64,000 nt of DNA from positions 1,550,001-1,614,000 of the forward strand of contig OZ251225.1 of NCBI GenBank assembly GCA_965240325.2, written 5' to 3'. A model generated the notes under the pieces. It was given only the letters and a program-made list of their open reading frames with translations. It ran no database searches and was not told where the DNA came from. Positions 10,501-21,547 of the stretch are shown here, piece after piece. A program made the translations under genes and the position numbers. The stretch is from Rebecca billardiae RCC1528 (taxonomy: Eukaryota > Protista > Haptophyta). Every line of letters begins with the position of its first letter. The first letter of the stretch is position 1.

Positions 10501-13500
10501 ATGCAAGGCAACGCAGTGCCGGACTGTGCGACGAGCCAGATGCGCGCCATCCTCGGCGATCCGCCGGGCGTGCGCGACGCGGACCTGGCCAAGTTCCTCA
10601 AGCTGGCAAAGGGCGACCTCGAGCGCGCGGTGAACTACTACTTTGACAGCCCGATCTCCAAGGTGACGCTGCAAGCTGACAGCGGCGCCGCGCCCGTCGT
10701 GCCGCCAAGGAGCCCGAAGCAGCCCCCTGCGCCGCAGCGGGGAGCGCCGCGGCGGGGATCGCCGCGGCCTCGCTCGGCGCAGCCAGGCGCGCCGCGGCCT
10801 CTCGAGTCGCCTCCGATCGAGGACTTGGACGACGATGACGATGATCACAGCCGCGAAGGCGGGGCGGCGCACTCCACCGCTAGGCCGGGCGAGGCGGCGG
10901 CGCCCGGCGCTGCGGGGCGGCCGCCCTCGCCTGCGGCTCCGGCCGCCGCCCCGAGCACGGCGGCGGGGGCGCCGGCGGTTGAGGCGGTGAGCAGGGCCCC
11001 GACGCGAGACGTGCCCGATGCCGCGCCAGATGCATCCGAAGACGCGCAGCCCGCCGTGGCCGCAGCGGCGCACCACGCGCGCGCGGCCGGCTGCGCCCCG
11101 AGCGCCGCGCCACCCGCTCCGCGGGCCGAGAGCGCGCAGGGCGCGCTCGCCTCCAGCTTGCACGGCCCGGACTGGGCGGAGGGAGCGCCCGTGCCGTACA
11201 GCCACCTCGCGCACGCCTTCGAGGCGCTCGCGGCCACGCGCTCGCGGCTGCGCAAGGAGACCATCCTCTGCGCCTGCCTCGAGCGCATGCTCGCGCGCCG
11301 CGCGTCGGGTGCAGAGCTGGTCGCTGCGTGCCACCTGCTGGCTCCGACCAAGGACCCGCAGGGCGGCGGCCACCGGCTGCTGCCCGACTGGGAGGCGGGC
11401 GACGTGCTCAACATCGGCCGCGCCGCCATCACGCAGGCCATCGCCGACGCCACCGGCTCCACGCCCGCCGCCCTGCGCGCTGCCTCTGAGCGTGCGCGCG
11501 ACATCGGCGACGCTGCGATGCTGCTTCGGGATGGCGGCGGCGGCGGCCGATCTCGCGGCGGGCGGCAGGCGTTGCTGCTGCAGCCGGGCGCGCTGAGCGT
11601 GCGCGCGGTGTACGAGGGCCTGCTCTCCCTCGCGCAGATCAGCGGCGCCGGCGCCGAGCGCCGCCGCGCCTCCGTCCTCACGCGGCTGCTCCGAGCCGCG
11701 TCCGGCTCCCAGCTGCGCTGGCTGGCGCGCACGCTGCCGCCCCACCTTGCTGTTGGGGTCTCGCTCGAGGCGAAGGTGCTGCCGGCCCTCGGCGCGGCCG
11801 CGGCGGTGAGCGCGGGGCTCGCGCGCGACGAGACGGGCGAGCTGGCCAAGGCCGCGGCGGACGCCGCGCGCCGCTGCTTCGCGCTCTGCCCGCGCGTCGA
11901 TGCTCTCGTCGGTCGGCTGTGCGCGCGCGCGCCCGAGGCGGCGCGCGCCGACGCGGTCCGTCGGCTGATTGCGACTTTCGAGCCCGCGCGCGCCGAGGGG
12001 GCGCCCGCGTGGTCTTCGGTCGTGCAGCTCGGCAGCCCGCCGCAGCCGATGCTGGCGAAGGCGGCGACGAGCGCGGCCGACGTGCTCCGGCGGCTCGCGG
12101 CCGCCACGCCCTCCGCCGCGCGCGGGTCGGCTGACTTCTGCGCCGAATTTAAATATGACGGTCAGCGTGCGCAGGTGCATGTGCTGCGAGCGGGGCGCGC
12201 CGCGGCGACGGGCGGCGACAGCGGAGGGCGCGGCGCGGGCGCGGGCGGCGGCGGCAGGCACCTCGACGTGCGGCTCTTCTCGCGCAAGCTCGACGACATC
12301 AGCGCAAAGTACCCGGACGTGGCGCGTGCGGTGCGCGCCGCGGTCGAGGCCAGCGGTGCAAGCGGCTTTGCCCTTGACTGCGAGATCGTGGCGGTGGGGC
12401 CGAAGGCGGCGGGAGCGGGTGCGGCGGCGGTGGGCGCGGCCGCGGCTGGGGGCGCGCGGGACGAGGCGGAGGGCGGGGCTGGAGGCGAGCCAGCTGCTCC
12501 TGCTGCGCAGGCCAGCGCCGACGCCACGCCCGCCCACGGTGTGGCTGAGGCAGCGGCGGCCGCGGCCGCCGCGCCCGCGGCCGCGGCCGCCGGCGGTGCC
12601 GCCGGAGTGCACGCCGCGCGCGGCAGCGGCGGCGAGCTGCTGGCCTTTCAGGCGCTGTCCACGCGCAAGCGCACGCACGCGAGCGCGGCCGCGGCGGACG
12701 CGCAGCTACCCGTCTCGCTCGTCGTCTTCGACCTGCTCGTCCTCGACGGCGTGCCGCTCCTGCACGAGCCGTTCCGCACGCGGCGCGCGGCGCTGCGACA
12801 GCTGCTGCCGGGCGCGCGGCCGTCTCACGGCGCGGGCGCGCACGCGGGCGCGCGCGTGTGCCTCGCCGCGAGTGTGGACGTGTGCGAGCCGGCGGCGGGC
12901 GAGGAGGGCTGGGGCACCGCGGCGGGCGTCGAGCCGGCCGTCGCGCAGCTCACCGACTTCCTCGACCGCGCCCTCGACGCGGGCTGCGAGGGGCTCATGT
13001 GCAAGCGCCTCGCCTCGCCGTACACTCCCGACGCGCTCAGCCGCTCCGACGACTGGCTCAAGCTGAAGCGCGACTATATCGAGGGGCTCGGGGACTCGCT
13101 CGACCTGGTGCCGATCGGCGGGTGGCGCGGGAGCGGGCGCAAGAGCCAGTGGGTCTCGCCGTGGCTGCTCGCGTGCTACGACGCGCGGAGCGCCACCTTC
13201 CAGTCCGTGTGCCGTGTGATGTCCGGCTTCAGCGACGGCTTCTATGCCGAGCACACGCGCGCGTACACGGGCGTGGAGGACGTTGGCGAGCTGGCGGCGG
13301 CGGCCGCCGAGGGGGACGGCGAGGACGAGGGCGAACAGCCGATGGGCGCGGGGCCTTCGCGCGCGCACCGGCTGCTCGACGCCCGCCCCGCCGCGTACCT
13401 CACGGCCGAGCACTGCCGCTACTGGTTCGGCGAGGGCGAGGGCGGCGCGTTCGAGGTTTGGGAGATCCGGGGCGCCGAGCTGAGCGTCAGCCCAGTGCAC

Positions 13501-13908
13501 TGCGCCGCGCGCGGCCTCGTCGACCCGCAGCGGGGGCTGTCGCTTCGCTTCCCGCGGTTCATCCGCAAGCGCACGGACAAGACGCTGGCGCACGTCACGA
13601 CGCCCGAGCAGCTCGCGCACATGTACAACGCGCAGGCCAGGCGCAAGCAGGGCGCGGGCGACTCTGCAGGCCGTGAGCAGGCAGCGGCCGCTTCCGACGG
13701 CCGCGCCGCCGGGCGGAAGCGAGCGCGCCCGGGCGCAGCCGGTGATGCCTCTGCCGCCGGGGCACCGGATGACGATGCGGAGGCCGACAGCGATGGCTGC
13801 TCGTCCGAGGCCCGTGCCGCTGGCCTGGCGGACGCCGGCGGCCCGAACGCCGAGCAAGTAGCAGGCGACGAGGTGATTCCCAGCGATGACGACGACGACC
13901 ACGACTGA
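10501..13908 (+). CDS. ATP-dependent DNA ligase, LIG1 family, LIG6/fungal Adl1-like paralogue
   Basis: Motif I EFKYDGQRAQVH; LDCEIV, VFDLL, CEGLMCK, WLKLKRDY, DLVPIG, SLRFPRF; FQSVCRVMSGFSD resembles plant LIG6; N-terminal UBA-like helix. Confidence 0.9.
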   Translation: MQGNAVPDCATSQMRAILGDPPGVRDADLAKFLKLAKGDLERAVNYYFDSPISKVTLQADSGAAPVVPPRSPKQPPAPQRGAPRRGSPRPRSAQPGAPRPLESPPIEDLDDDDDDHSREGGAAHSTARPGEAAAPGAAGRPPSPAAPAAAPSTAAGAPAVEAVSRAPTRDVPDAAPDASEDAQPAVAAAAHHARAAGCAPSAAPPAPRAESAQGALASSLHGPDWAEGAPVPYSHLAHAFEALAATRSRLRKETILCACLERMLARRASGAELVAACHLLAPTKDPQGGGHRLLPDWEAGDVLNIGRAAITQAIADATGSTPAALRAASERARDIGDAAMLLRDGGGGGRSRGGRQALLLQPGALSVRAVYEGLLSLAQISGAGAERRRASVLTRLLRAASGSQLRWLARTLPPHLAVGVSLEAKVLPALGAAAAVSAGLARDETGELAKAAADAARRCFALCPRVDALVGRLCARAPEAARADAVRRLIATFEPARAEGAPAWSSVVQLGSPPQPMLAKAATSAADVLRRLAAATPSAARGSADFCAEFKYDGQRAQVHVLRAGRAAATGGDSGGRGAGAGGGGRHLDVRLFSRKLDDISAKYPDVARAVRAAVEASGASGFALDCEIVAVGPKAAGAGAAAVGAAAAGGARDEAEGGAGGEPAAPAAQASADATPAHGVAEAAAAAAAAPAAAAAGGAAGVHAARGSGGELLAFQALSTRKRTHASAAAADAQLPVSLVVFDLLVLDGVPLLHEPFRTRRAALRQLLPGARPSHGAGAHAGARVCLAASVDVCEPAAGEEGWGTAAGVEPAVAQLTDFLDRALDAGCEGLMCKRLASPYTPDALSRSDDWLKLKRDYIEGLGDSLDLVPIGGWRGSGRKSQWVSPWLLACYDARSATFQSVCRVMSGFSDGFYAEHTRAYTGVEDVGELAAAAAEGDGEDEGEQPMGAGPSRAHRLLDARPAAYLTAEHCRYWFGEGEGGAFEVWEIRGAELSVSPVHCAARGLVDPQRGLSLRFPRFIRKRTDKTLAHVTTPEQLAHMYNAQARRKQGAGDSAGREQAAAASDGRAAGRKRARPGAAGDASAAGAPDDDAEADSDGCSSEARAAGLADAGGPNAEQVAGDEVIPSDDDDDHD

Positions 13909-14796
13909 CGCAGGACGACGACGCGACGTGAAGAGAGATCAGACGGATATCCCACTGCTGTCCTGTGCCATAGGACTGGGTCCTATGCCATTCAGGACAC
14001 TGGACAGCCACACTGGGACGACTCAGTAGACGACATTTTCGTCTCATATTGCCGAATGGTACAACTGCACCTAGGGGTCGGTAGCAGTGTCGCCACCATC
14101 CGCCAGAGCGAGCTTGTTGTGATTTTCGACCACCACCGCATGTTTTGGGCTCCATGGATGGAGCGCGTGAAGCCGTCGCGGTCGTTGCCGCCTTGCAACT
14201 CCACGGCGGCAACGCCGACCGCCATGTGGCACTTGTAGATGACACCCAGCTTGATGCTCACACATCGTGGTTCACTGTGTTCGACCAGAGCCGTATGAGG
14301 TTCATCCACACTGCGTTTTGGTCCTCGCCAAGCATGGCATTGTACGTCACGCCGGGGCTGCGCGCGCAAGCCGCTGCGGGTCTCTCGCGTCGTCAGGTGG
14401 TTGCGATCGAGCATCGGCGCGCATGTAGAGCAAGCCTCGGAGGTAGCCGGAACATCTTGCCATGTCGCGTGCGTGGATGGTATCGCACCTGTAGACACGC
14501 CATGCGTGTGCCGCAGTCGATTGACGCGACGCTCGACCCGCACGCTCTTGGATTCGTGGGCTCGTGGTCCACAAGGACGGCCGCCACCATCGTGGGAGGT
14601 CCGTGGCCGCACGCACGATGGCGGTTGCCCTCTCTTCGCCCCGCCCCAGAATCGGTGTGCTACGGGCAGCAACGCGCCTGGCGGCGTGGGCGGCGGTGCG
14701 GGCGGCGGCGCGGGCATCCGGCGCGAGCACTCGCCTGCGCTGTCCGTGCCCAGGGTCGCCGCTCGGCTGCCAGGGGCGAGCAACTGACGCTGTCAT

Positions 14797-17121
14797 GTGC
14801 TGGTTGTGGGGCCGTCCCTGGACACCTTGACTGCCCCCGGCTACGACAGACGAAATCGGGACATGCCGCGGCACGGCGAAGGTATGGCAAACGTGACCTG
14901 TGTTGACGGTTTATCGATGGTCTTCAGCTCGACAATCGCGAACCTCTTCGGCCGCGGCATCGCCTCTCACGTCAATACAAGCTGGCACGAGGCGGTCCCG
15001 CGCCGAGCAGAGGACGTCCCGGATCCTGTCGGTGCTGCAAGCGCGTCCGCGCCGGACGATCCTCTCAAGCCGCGCGCCCCGGACACTGAGAACCATCTCA
15101 AGCCGCGTGCGATGGTGCAGTACGAAACGTTCACTTCCGGAACGCCCGATGACGTGCGTACAGGTAAGCACGCTCATCCCTCCACGAATCGCGCACCCGC
15201 AGCCGCTGGCGCCTTCCGCTTGCCGTATACGGAGCCCGCACCTGCCGGCGAGAGCGGCGGCGGCGGCCTGGCAGCGGACGAGCGCGCGACGCTCGGCGCG
15301 CTGCGCTCGCGCCTCGGCGCCCTCCTGCTCGAGCACAGCCTGCCGCAGGAGGCGCTCGTCACGCAGCTGCACTCCATCCACCAAGAGCTCGGCGAGCTCA
15401 CGCGCGCGTGGGAGCCGGCGGCGGACAAGCCGCCGGCGTTGTTCGGCGCGCTCAGCGATGAGATGCTCGTCAACATCCTCGCACGGCTGCCGCTCGAGCC
15501 CGAGCTCGCGCGCATCGCGCGTGTGTGCCGTGCCTTTGGCCTGGGGAGCCGGCGCGGCGCAGCCGGCAGCGTCACGCACGGGCGCGAGGCGGCCGAGGGC
15601 GCGCCCGGCGCGCTCGAGGAGCTGTCTCTCGTGCAGCGCGCGTTGCACGCGCGCGCCCTCGAGCAGCGCAACCCGCTCCCGCTCCCGCCGGGCGGCTTCC
15701 GCGCGAGCGCGACCGCACTCGCCAACCGCGAGCGCCAGTGGCGTGCGTCGTGCGCGCCGCAGCTGGCAGTGAATGCGCATGGGGTGCTCTGGCGCACGGC
15801 CGAGGGCGGCGTGCATTTTGACTGCTGCTTGGATAGTTGCACCCACGAGGACCTCCTCGAAATGGAGCACGCCCTCGACGACCTGCCCGCCATCTCCGGC
15901 CGCGGCAACGGGCGGGACGACGACGACGACGGCGACGGCGATGGCGAGGGCGAGGGCGAGGGCGAGGGCGAGGCCGTGGGCCCGTGGAGTGGCCCGATCC
16001 GGCTGCCGAGCGGCGTGCGTGTGCTCGGGCTGAGCGCCGGGTCACGTCACGTGCTGGCGCGCACGACGGATGGCCTCGTGCTCGCGTGGGGCTCCGGCCC
16101 GCGCGGGCAGCTTGGCCACGGCCTGGAGCACGTACGCGTGTGCGCGCCCCGCGCCGTGAGCGGGCTGCAGCGCGTGCTGTGCGTCGCGGCCGGGTGCAGG
16201 CACAGCCTGGCGGTCGATGAGGACGGCACGCTGTGGGGCTGGGGCGACGACACGCAGGGGCAGCTCGGCGTGCCGTTCGCCGACTCGGTCGACCTTGAGC
16301 ACGGCTACGACGGCCGCCGCCGTTCCGCGCCGCGGCCAGCACGCGTGCCGATCGCGACTGGCGCGTCGGACGGCGTCACAAGCAGCAGCGACGATGGCGT
16401 GTGCGCCGCGGCGGGCGGGATGCGCCACAGCCTCGCCCTGCTGCGCTCGGGCGTGGCGCTCTCCTGGGGCGCGCGCGAGGCGCCGCACGGCCACCCGCGT
16501 GCCGAGGGTCCAGAGACGGTGCCGCCTACGCCGATCGCGGCGCTGCGCGGCGTGCGCGTCGTGCAGCTTTCAGCTTCGGCGCTGCACTCGCTCTTCCTGA
16601 CGGAGGGCGGCAAGGTGTACGCCTGCGGGCGTGGCAGTTGCGGTGAGCTCGGCCTCGGCGCGGGCATGAGCCACTACGACCCCACCGATTACGGCTTCGA
16701 GTACGACGCGCAGACGCCCGTGCTTGCAAGCACGCTCGCCTCCTACGTCGTCGTGTGCGCGCGCGCCGGTCTTCATGGCTCGATCGTCATCACGCAGGAC
16801 GGGCGCGCGCACGCCCTCGGCGACCAGACGTCGATCGGGCCGCACGCGCCGAGCTACCATAACCCGCACACATACACCTTCCAGCTGGTCCGCTGCGTGA
16901 GGCCCGCGTGCGTGGCGGCCGACCTTGTGAAAACCGCGTCGGCCGGGCTGCCCGCAGTGCCCGCGCACGCCGTGGTCGACGTTGCTCCGCAGCAGTGCGA
17001 TGAGTACCAACAGTCGTGCATACTCGCCGCGGAAGACGAGCGGCCGTCGACGGTGGCGGTGCCGGTGCTGCAGCCCGTCGACCGGCGCTACAAGGTCAGC
17101 ATGGCCGAGAAGCTCTGCTAG
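14797..17121 (+). CDS. F-box-like + RCC1-repeat protein
   Basis: F-box-like ALSDEMLVNILARLP..ARVCRAF; RCC1 repeats (SAGSRHVL..AWGSGPRGQLG, AAGCRHSLA..WGWG..GQLG, HSLFLTEGGKVYACG). True start uncertain (possibly 15112 or spliced). Confidence 0.8.
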   Translation: MLVVGPSLDTLTAPGYDRRNRDMPRHGEGMANVTCVDGLSMVFSSTIANLFGRGIASHVNTSWHEAVPRRAEDVPDPVGAASASAPDDPLKPRAPDTENHLKPRAMVQYETFTSGTPDDVRTGKHAHPSTNRAPAAAGAFRLPYTEPAPAGESGGGGLAADERATLGALRSRLGALLLEHSLPQEALVTQLHSIHQELGELTRAWEPAADKPPALFGALSDEMLVNILARLPLEPELARIARVCRAFGLGSRRGAAGSVTHGREAAEGAPGALEELSLVQRALHARALEQRNPLPLPPGGFRASATALANRERQWRASCAPQLAVNAHGVLWRTAEGGVHFDCCLDSCTHEDLLEMEHALDDLPAISGRGNGRDDDDDGDGDGEGEGEGEGEAVGPWSGPIRLPSGVRVLGLSAGSRHVLARTTDGLVLAWGSGPRGQLGHGLEHVRVCAPRAVSGLQRVLCVAAGCRHSLAVDEDGTLWGWGDDTQGQLGVPFADSVDLEHGYDGRRRSAPRPARVPIATGASDGVTSSSDDGVCAAAGGMRHSLALLRSGVALSWGAREAPHGHPRAEGPETVPPTPIAALRGVRVVQLSASALHSLFLTEGGKVYACGRGSCGELGLGAGMSHYDPTDYGFEYDAQTPVLASTLASYVVVCARAGLHGSIVITQDGRAHALGDQTSIGPHAPSYHNPHTYTFQLVRCVRPACVAADLVKTASAGLPAVPAHAVVDVAPQQCDEYQQSCILAAEDERPSTVAVPVLQPVDRRYKVSMAEKLC

Positions 17122-17390
17122 CCGCGGCCGCCAGCTCGCGGGCTCCCCTTCCGCTCGCGGGCGACCTCAGTCACAGGCAGTGCCAGACGCTGAGGGAGCC
17201 GCAGTGACGGCGGGTCGTGGGGGAGGCGCTCTTGCGCTGCCGACGACCACGCGGTCGCCCCACTGGGCACTTAAATCGCGCGCGTTCAGTTCTTTATTCA
17301 TGGACGAACACTGCGTTCATCCACTTCCATCGCGTGACCGGCGGACCTTTATTCCCAGCGTGATTATTACATATATGACTTAATAAATCG

Positions 17391-17392
<2 letters not shown>

Positions 17393-17430
<38 letters not shown>

Positions 17431-17643
17431 CGACGTGGCAGCATCGGACAAGCGTCAGGCTCAGAGTGCGACAGACACATAAAATGCGTCCGCGCCTTCC
17501 GTCCAGCCTCCAGGTCAGACAGTGCGCCAGCCGCAGCCCTGCCCCCCCGCTACGGGAGCGGGGCCGGGAGTGCAGAGCACCGCCTCGGCCTGGGGCACGC
17601 GGCGGCGACGGCAGATGCCGCCGCAGCCGAGCGCCTTCCGGAG
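17393..17643 (+). repeat. (TA)n followed by microsatellite-anchored repeat, type A
   Basis: GACGACGTGGCAGCATCGGACAAGCGTCAGG.. matches 27313-27516, 47942-48123 and 48899-49075. Confidence 0.8.
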
Positions 17644-17811
17644 CACTTGGATGAGGGTGAGGTCGTAGTCAATGTCGCCGCCCGCCGACCTAGCGGCGTC
17701 AAGCAGCTGCGGCAGACGGCAGCCGCGGCTGTCGCCCCCGTGCGCCCGCGTGGGCGCCTGGATGAGGATGAGGTCGTAGTACGCGTCGCCGCGCGCCGGC
17801 CTATACGCTAT

Positions 17812-18155
17812 ATGGCGGGCCGTAGGTCCGCCCCTTGTAGTGCCCGGGAAAAAGATAAGAAAAAGAAAAGGAAAAAAGAAAATCGCCTCGCAAAGAAAAG
17901 AAAATCGCCTCCCTCATCGCCTCCCTCACTGCCGGGTCGCTTCGCTCACTACCGGGCGCCCTCGCAGCTCCCACTGGGGACGCTCGGCCGAAAACCATCT
18001 CCCCGATGGCGCGGAGCGCGTGGGCGGCGCGCGCCAAATCCAACGCCGGCGCGGACATCGTGAGAGGACTCCCGAGACGTGTTTTCGCCCGATTCGCGAT
18101 TGCTGCCCTCGTCGTCTCGCGTGCAGGTCGAACGAGGGCCAAAGTCGACCCGTTT
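17812..18155 (+). repeat. ~340-bp direct repeat, copy 1
   Basis: Near-identical to 21042-21376. Confidence 0.9.
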
Positions 18156-18558
18156 GGAGGTACGCTCGGCGCGTCGACACGATCGTGCGACCTGGGGCGG
18201 TCCTCGCCCGACTTGCACGTCGAGCGCTCGCACCGGCCATAGCATCAAGCGCTGCGCACGATGGCCGCCTCGCGCGATTCACCGCCGCGCGTCGGGCTCG
18301 GTACGGAAAGGCCCTCAGCACGAGGTGTCTCGCGGGTGGGAAGCGCCATCGCACGCGACGCAAGCTTTGGCGCGGCCTTCTGAACACCATAACCGGAATC
18401 CACACACCGGACTGTCGCGTGCCCCGCGGTGGCAAGGTCGGGCGCATGCAAATCCGTTTGCTACGGTCGGTGGCGTTCCAGAGCGAGCGCTCATCATTCG
18501 CGCTCGCGAGCTCGCGGCCAAAGATCGCTCGGCGCTCGGGGGCCCACGTCCGGCCTGC

Positions 18559-19137
18559 ATGGCGTCGACGGTGACCAATGCGACGGAGGCGCAGCGCAAA
18601 GCGGCGTACGACGCGCACCGCACGCACCTCCCGGGTTTGCAGCCGTGGAAGGAACCGCATCGTGGCGAGTCGGCGGCCCTCGTCGCACAGCGCTATGACC
18701 GATCCAAAGCGCACATCCGCGACGAGCTGAAACGCCGAGCGTGCAAGATCGCCGCCCCATCCTCTTCCATTGCACGAGCGCTGCGGGACGAGGCCGACGT
18801 CGTGAAGCCAGTGGCACATGCGCTGCGCTTCATGTGCCTGCTCGAGCAGCGCGTGCCCACCCCCGATCGCGAGTGGCACACGCTCTCGCACTGCGCGCGC
18901 GTACACCGCCAACAGCTCCTGATACCGCCGAACGTGCGAGTGCCGGACCTGTCGCGCGGAGCGGCGAGCGCCGACGAGCGCTTGGACCCAAGGACAAACC
19001 GTCACCGTCAGGCGCACACCGGCACGACGCCGTCGCACGCCAATCAGTTGGCAGTGCGTGCGCGCAGTCGAAGGCTTGGCACGATGACGGGTAGCGCCGT
19101 GGGTGCACGAATACACGCGCAATCACACTGTCGGTGA
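18559..19137 (+). pseudogene. Unidentified coding-like remnant, probably TE-borne
   Basis: ORF segment MASTVTNATEAQRKAAYD.. with coding-like codon usage, lying between repeats; no recognisable domain. Confidence 0.3.
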
Positions 19138-19166
19138 GCTCGCACCAGAGTCATCTGTCGCGTTAT

Positions 19167-20778
19167 GGCCCGCGGTGCAGGGCGGAGCGCGCAGCGTGGA
19201 GCCCGCACCAGCGGGCCCGAATCACGTTTCAAAAAGATCTTTGATCAAGAAAAAAGGGACGGGGGGCGATTTTTAGGGCTGGCGGAGACCGAGTTTCGAG
19301 TTTTTGAGATCGCATAGAGAGGTCTATTAGGCCGAAAATAACCGCGCCCAGCTGATTCCCTTAAGTAAAATGCGATCTGGACGTCAGCTGGACGTGACAT
19401 TAGTGTAACGGTTCGTTACGAGCGCGATTTTGTGGGTAGACTCTCGTTCATGTGTGATAGTTTGCCTCCGCCTTGATGAATATGAACTTGGCTTCGCGGC
19501 GGTTGGTATCTAGAGTCTAAAACCCGCAAGCCTCATTGAAAATACCCGCGCAGCTATTCGTTGCCAGCCCATTCCATAGTCACTGACTTACCGAGCTGGC
19601 GAGCTCAAAACCTGCCGCCGTCGCAAGGACGACGTGCTGTGCAGGTTTCTTCTGGGGTGGCGAGCGAGCCGCGACGACTCTTGGTTGGTCCGCAAGGGGG
19701 CGCTCGATGGGCAGGTGCGCGTGGCAAGTGCCGAGTGGCGCCTGGAGCGCGCGTCTGCGGCGGGTCCCGACGGCCGTCGACATCGCGTTCGTGCCCGCTC
19801 ACTAGTCACTCCGCACGCCCCTGCCGCGCCCTGTCGATGCCTGCGCGGCCGGCCGGCGCGCGGCCGCGCCGCCGCCGCCGCAGCCGCCGCCCTGTGTTCG
19901 GGCTCTCGCAAGCTCGGGGGCAGCGGCGCATGATGCCGGACTGATCGATCTCTGAGTCTCCGACTTCACCACACGCCCCCCTTGCCATGCCTCTCCGCCA
20001 GGGTCTCCCAGAACTCTTCTTCAGAGCAGGCGCAAGTCGAACTCGGAACTGGCCGCGGCCCCGCGCGCCGTCGGCTCCCCGTGGCTGTCAGCTCCGCGTG
20101 GCCTGGGCGCCTGGCGTGCCCAGAGCTGGCCGTGCCTCTGCGACGCGTGCCGAGCCTGACCGAGGTGTGTCACCCCGTGCACGCGCGGCGCGCGCAAGCA
20201 CCGGTGCTGCATGGCTGCTCGCACCGTGCTCCCTGGCTCGCGGTCAGTCAGCTCGGCCGCGTGGTGCCTGGTGTGCACGTAGAGTCGCGCTCATGCGTCG
20301 CTCACGCCTCGCGCCCGCCTGTCGGCCGTCGCGCAGGCGCGCAGGTCGAACCCTACTGACCTGCAGATCATCTACTCCTGCGCTGCTGGCGTCGCGGCGA
20401 CGACGGTCAGCGGCAGGCCCGAACGAACGGTCGAATCCGCGCGGTCCCGCGCCGTCCGGCTCCCTGGCTGTCAGTCAGCTCCGCCGGTGGCCTGGCGTGC
20501 AAGAGTCGCGCTCGTGCGTCGATCACGCCGAGTCGCATCCGCCTGTCGGCCGTCGCGCACGCGCAGGGGGTCAGGTAAGGGCCGTCTGTGATGAGGGCAG
20601 CTCGGCCGACGACCGACATCCACACTCGGCGCACGCCGGCGGCGGCGCGGCGCTGGGGCGGCGCGCCGCTGGATGGAGTCTAGTTACACGTGTACGGGAC
20701 GACTGCGACGGAGGGTGCACCGCCACCGCGGGCCCCGAACTACGTTCGTTCTACGGAAAAGGACCGCGGAACGCGGTC
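19167..20778 (+). mobile_element. Non-autonomous AT-flanked TIR element, copy 2
   Basis: Same two ends as 3333-5136 and 25408-27162; different interior with degenerate tandem duplications (~20060-20580). Confidence 0.75.
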
Positions 20779-21041
20779 ATTATTCGTCAGTAAGTCGGGT
20801 AGCTCACAATCATCTGCTCGGTATGTCGCATTGTTATTCGTAGTCATCCTGCCCGTCAAACCGCTATAAATAAAAGGCGCGAACCCGCTGGGGAAATATT
20901 GCGACAGCACTGGCACGGCCCGCCGACCCCCCCGCCCGCCAGGGCAGAGTTTATCACTTATCAGCCGCCTGACACGGTCGTGATCTAAGCTAATAGACTC
21001 AGACTGATGACTGATACTACTTAAGATTAATTGATTGACGA

Positions 21042-21376
21042 ATGGCGGGCCGTAGGTCCGCCCCTTGTAGTGCCCGGGAAAAAGATAAGAAAAAGAAAAG
21101 GAAAAAAGAAAATCGCCTCGCAAAGAAAAGAAAATCGCCTCCCTCACTGCCGGGTCGCTTCGCTCACTACCGGGCGCCCTCGCAGCTCCCACTGGGGACG
21201 CTCGGCCGAAAACCATCTCCCCGATGGCGCGGAGCGCGTGGGCGGCGCGCGCCAAATCCAATACCGGCGCGGACATCGTGAGAGGACTCCCGAGACGTGT
21301 TTTCGCCCGATTCGCGATTGCTGCCCTCGTCGTCTCGCGTGCAGGTCGAACGAGGGCCAATAAAGTCGACCCGTTT
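21042..21376 (+). repeat. ~340-bp direct repeat, copy 2, bracketed by a 58-bp direct repeat (20895-20952, 21377-21434)
   Basis: Direct comparison. Confidence 0.9.
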
Positions 21377-21547
21377 AATATTGCGACAGCACTGGCACGG
21401 CCCGCCGACCCCCCCGCCCGCCAGGGCAGAGTTTTAGACGACGAATTAGCGTACGTACCTCGGCGGGCACAGCACTCGCGTGTCAAGCGACTGCGATGGC
21501 GGAGAGTGTAATCTCGCCTGCCTGAGCTGTGTGCGTCTCTTATTCTT

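Noticed and set aside
10366-12678. Long antisense/alternate-frame ORFs (also 31002-32777, 33518-35410, 38021-40021, 23464-24936)
   Set aside because: Shadow ORFs of GC-rich real genes; Arg/Ala-rich with no motifs
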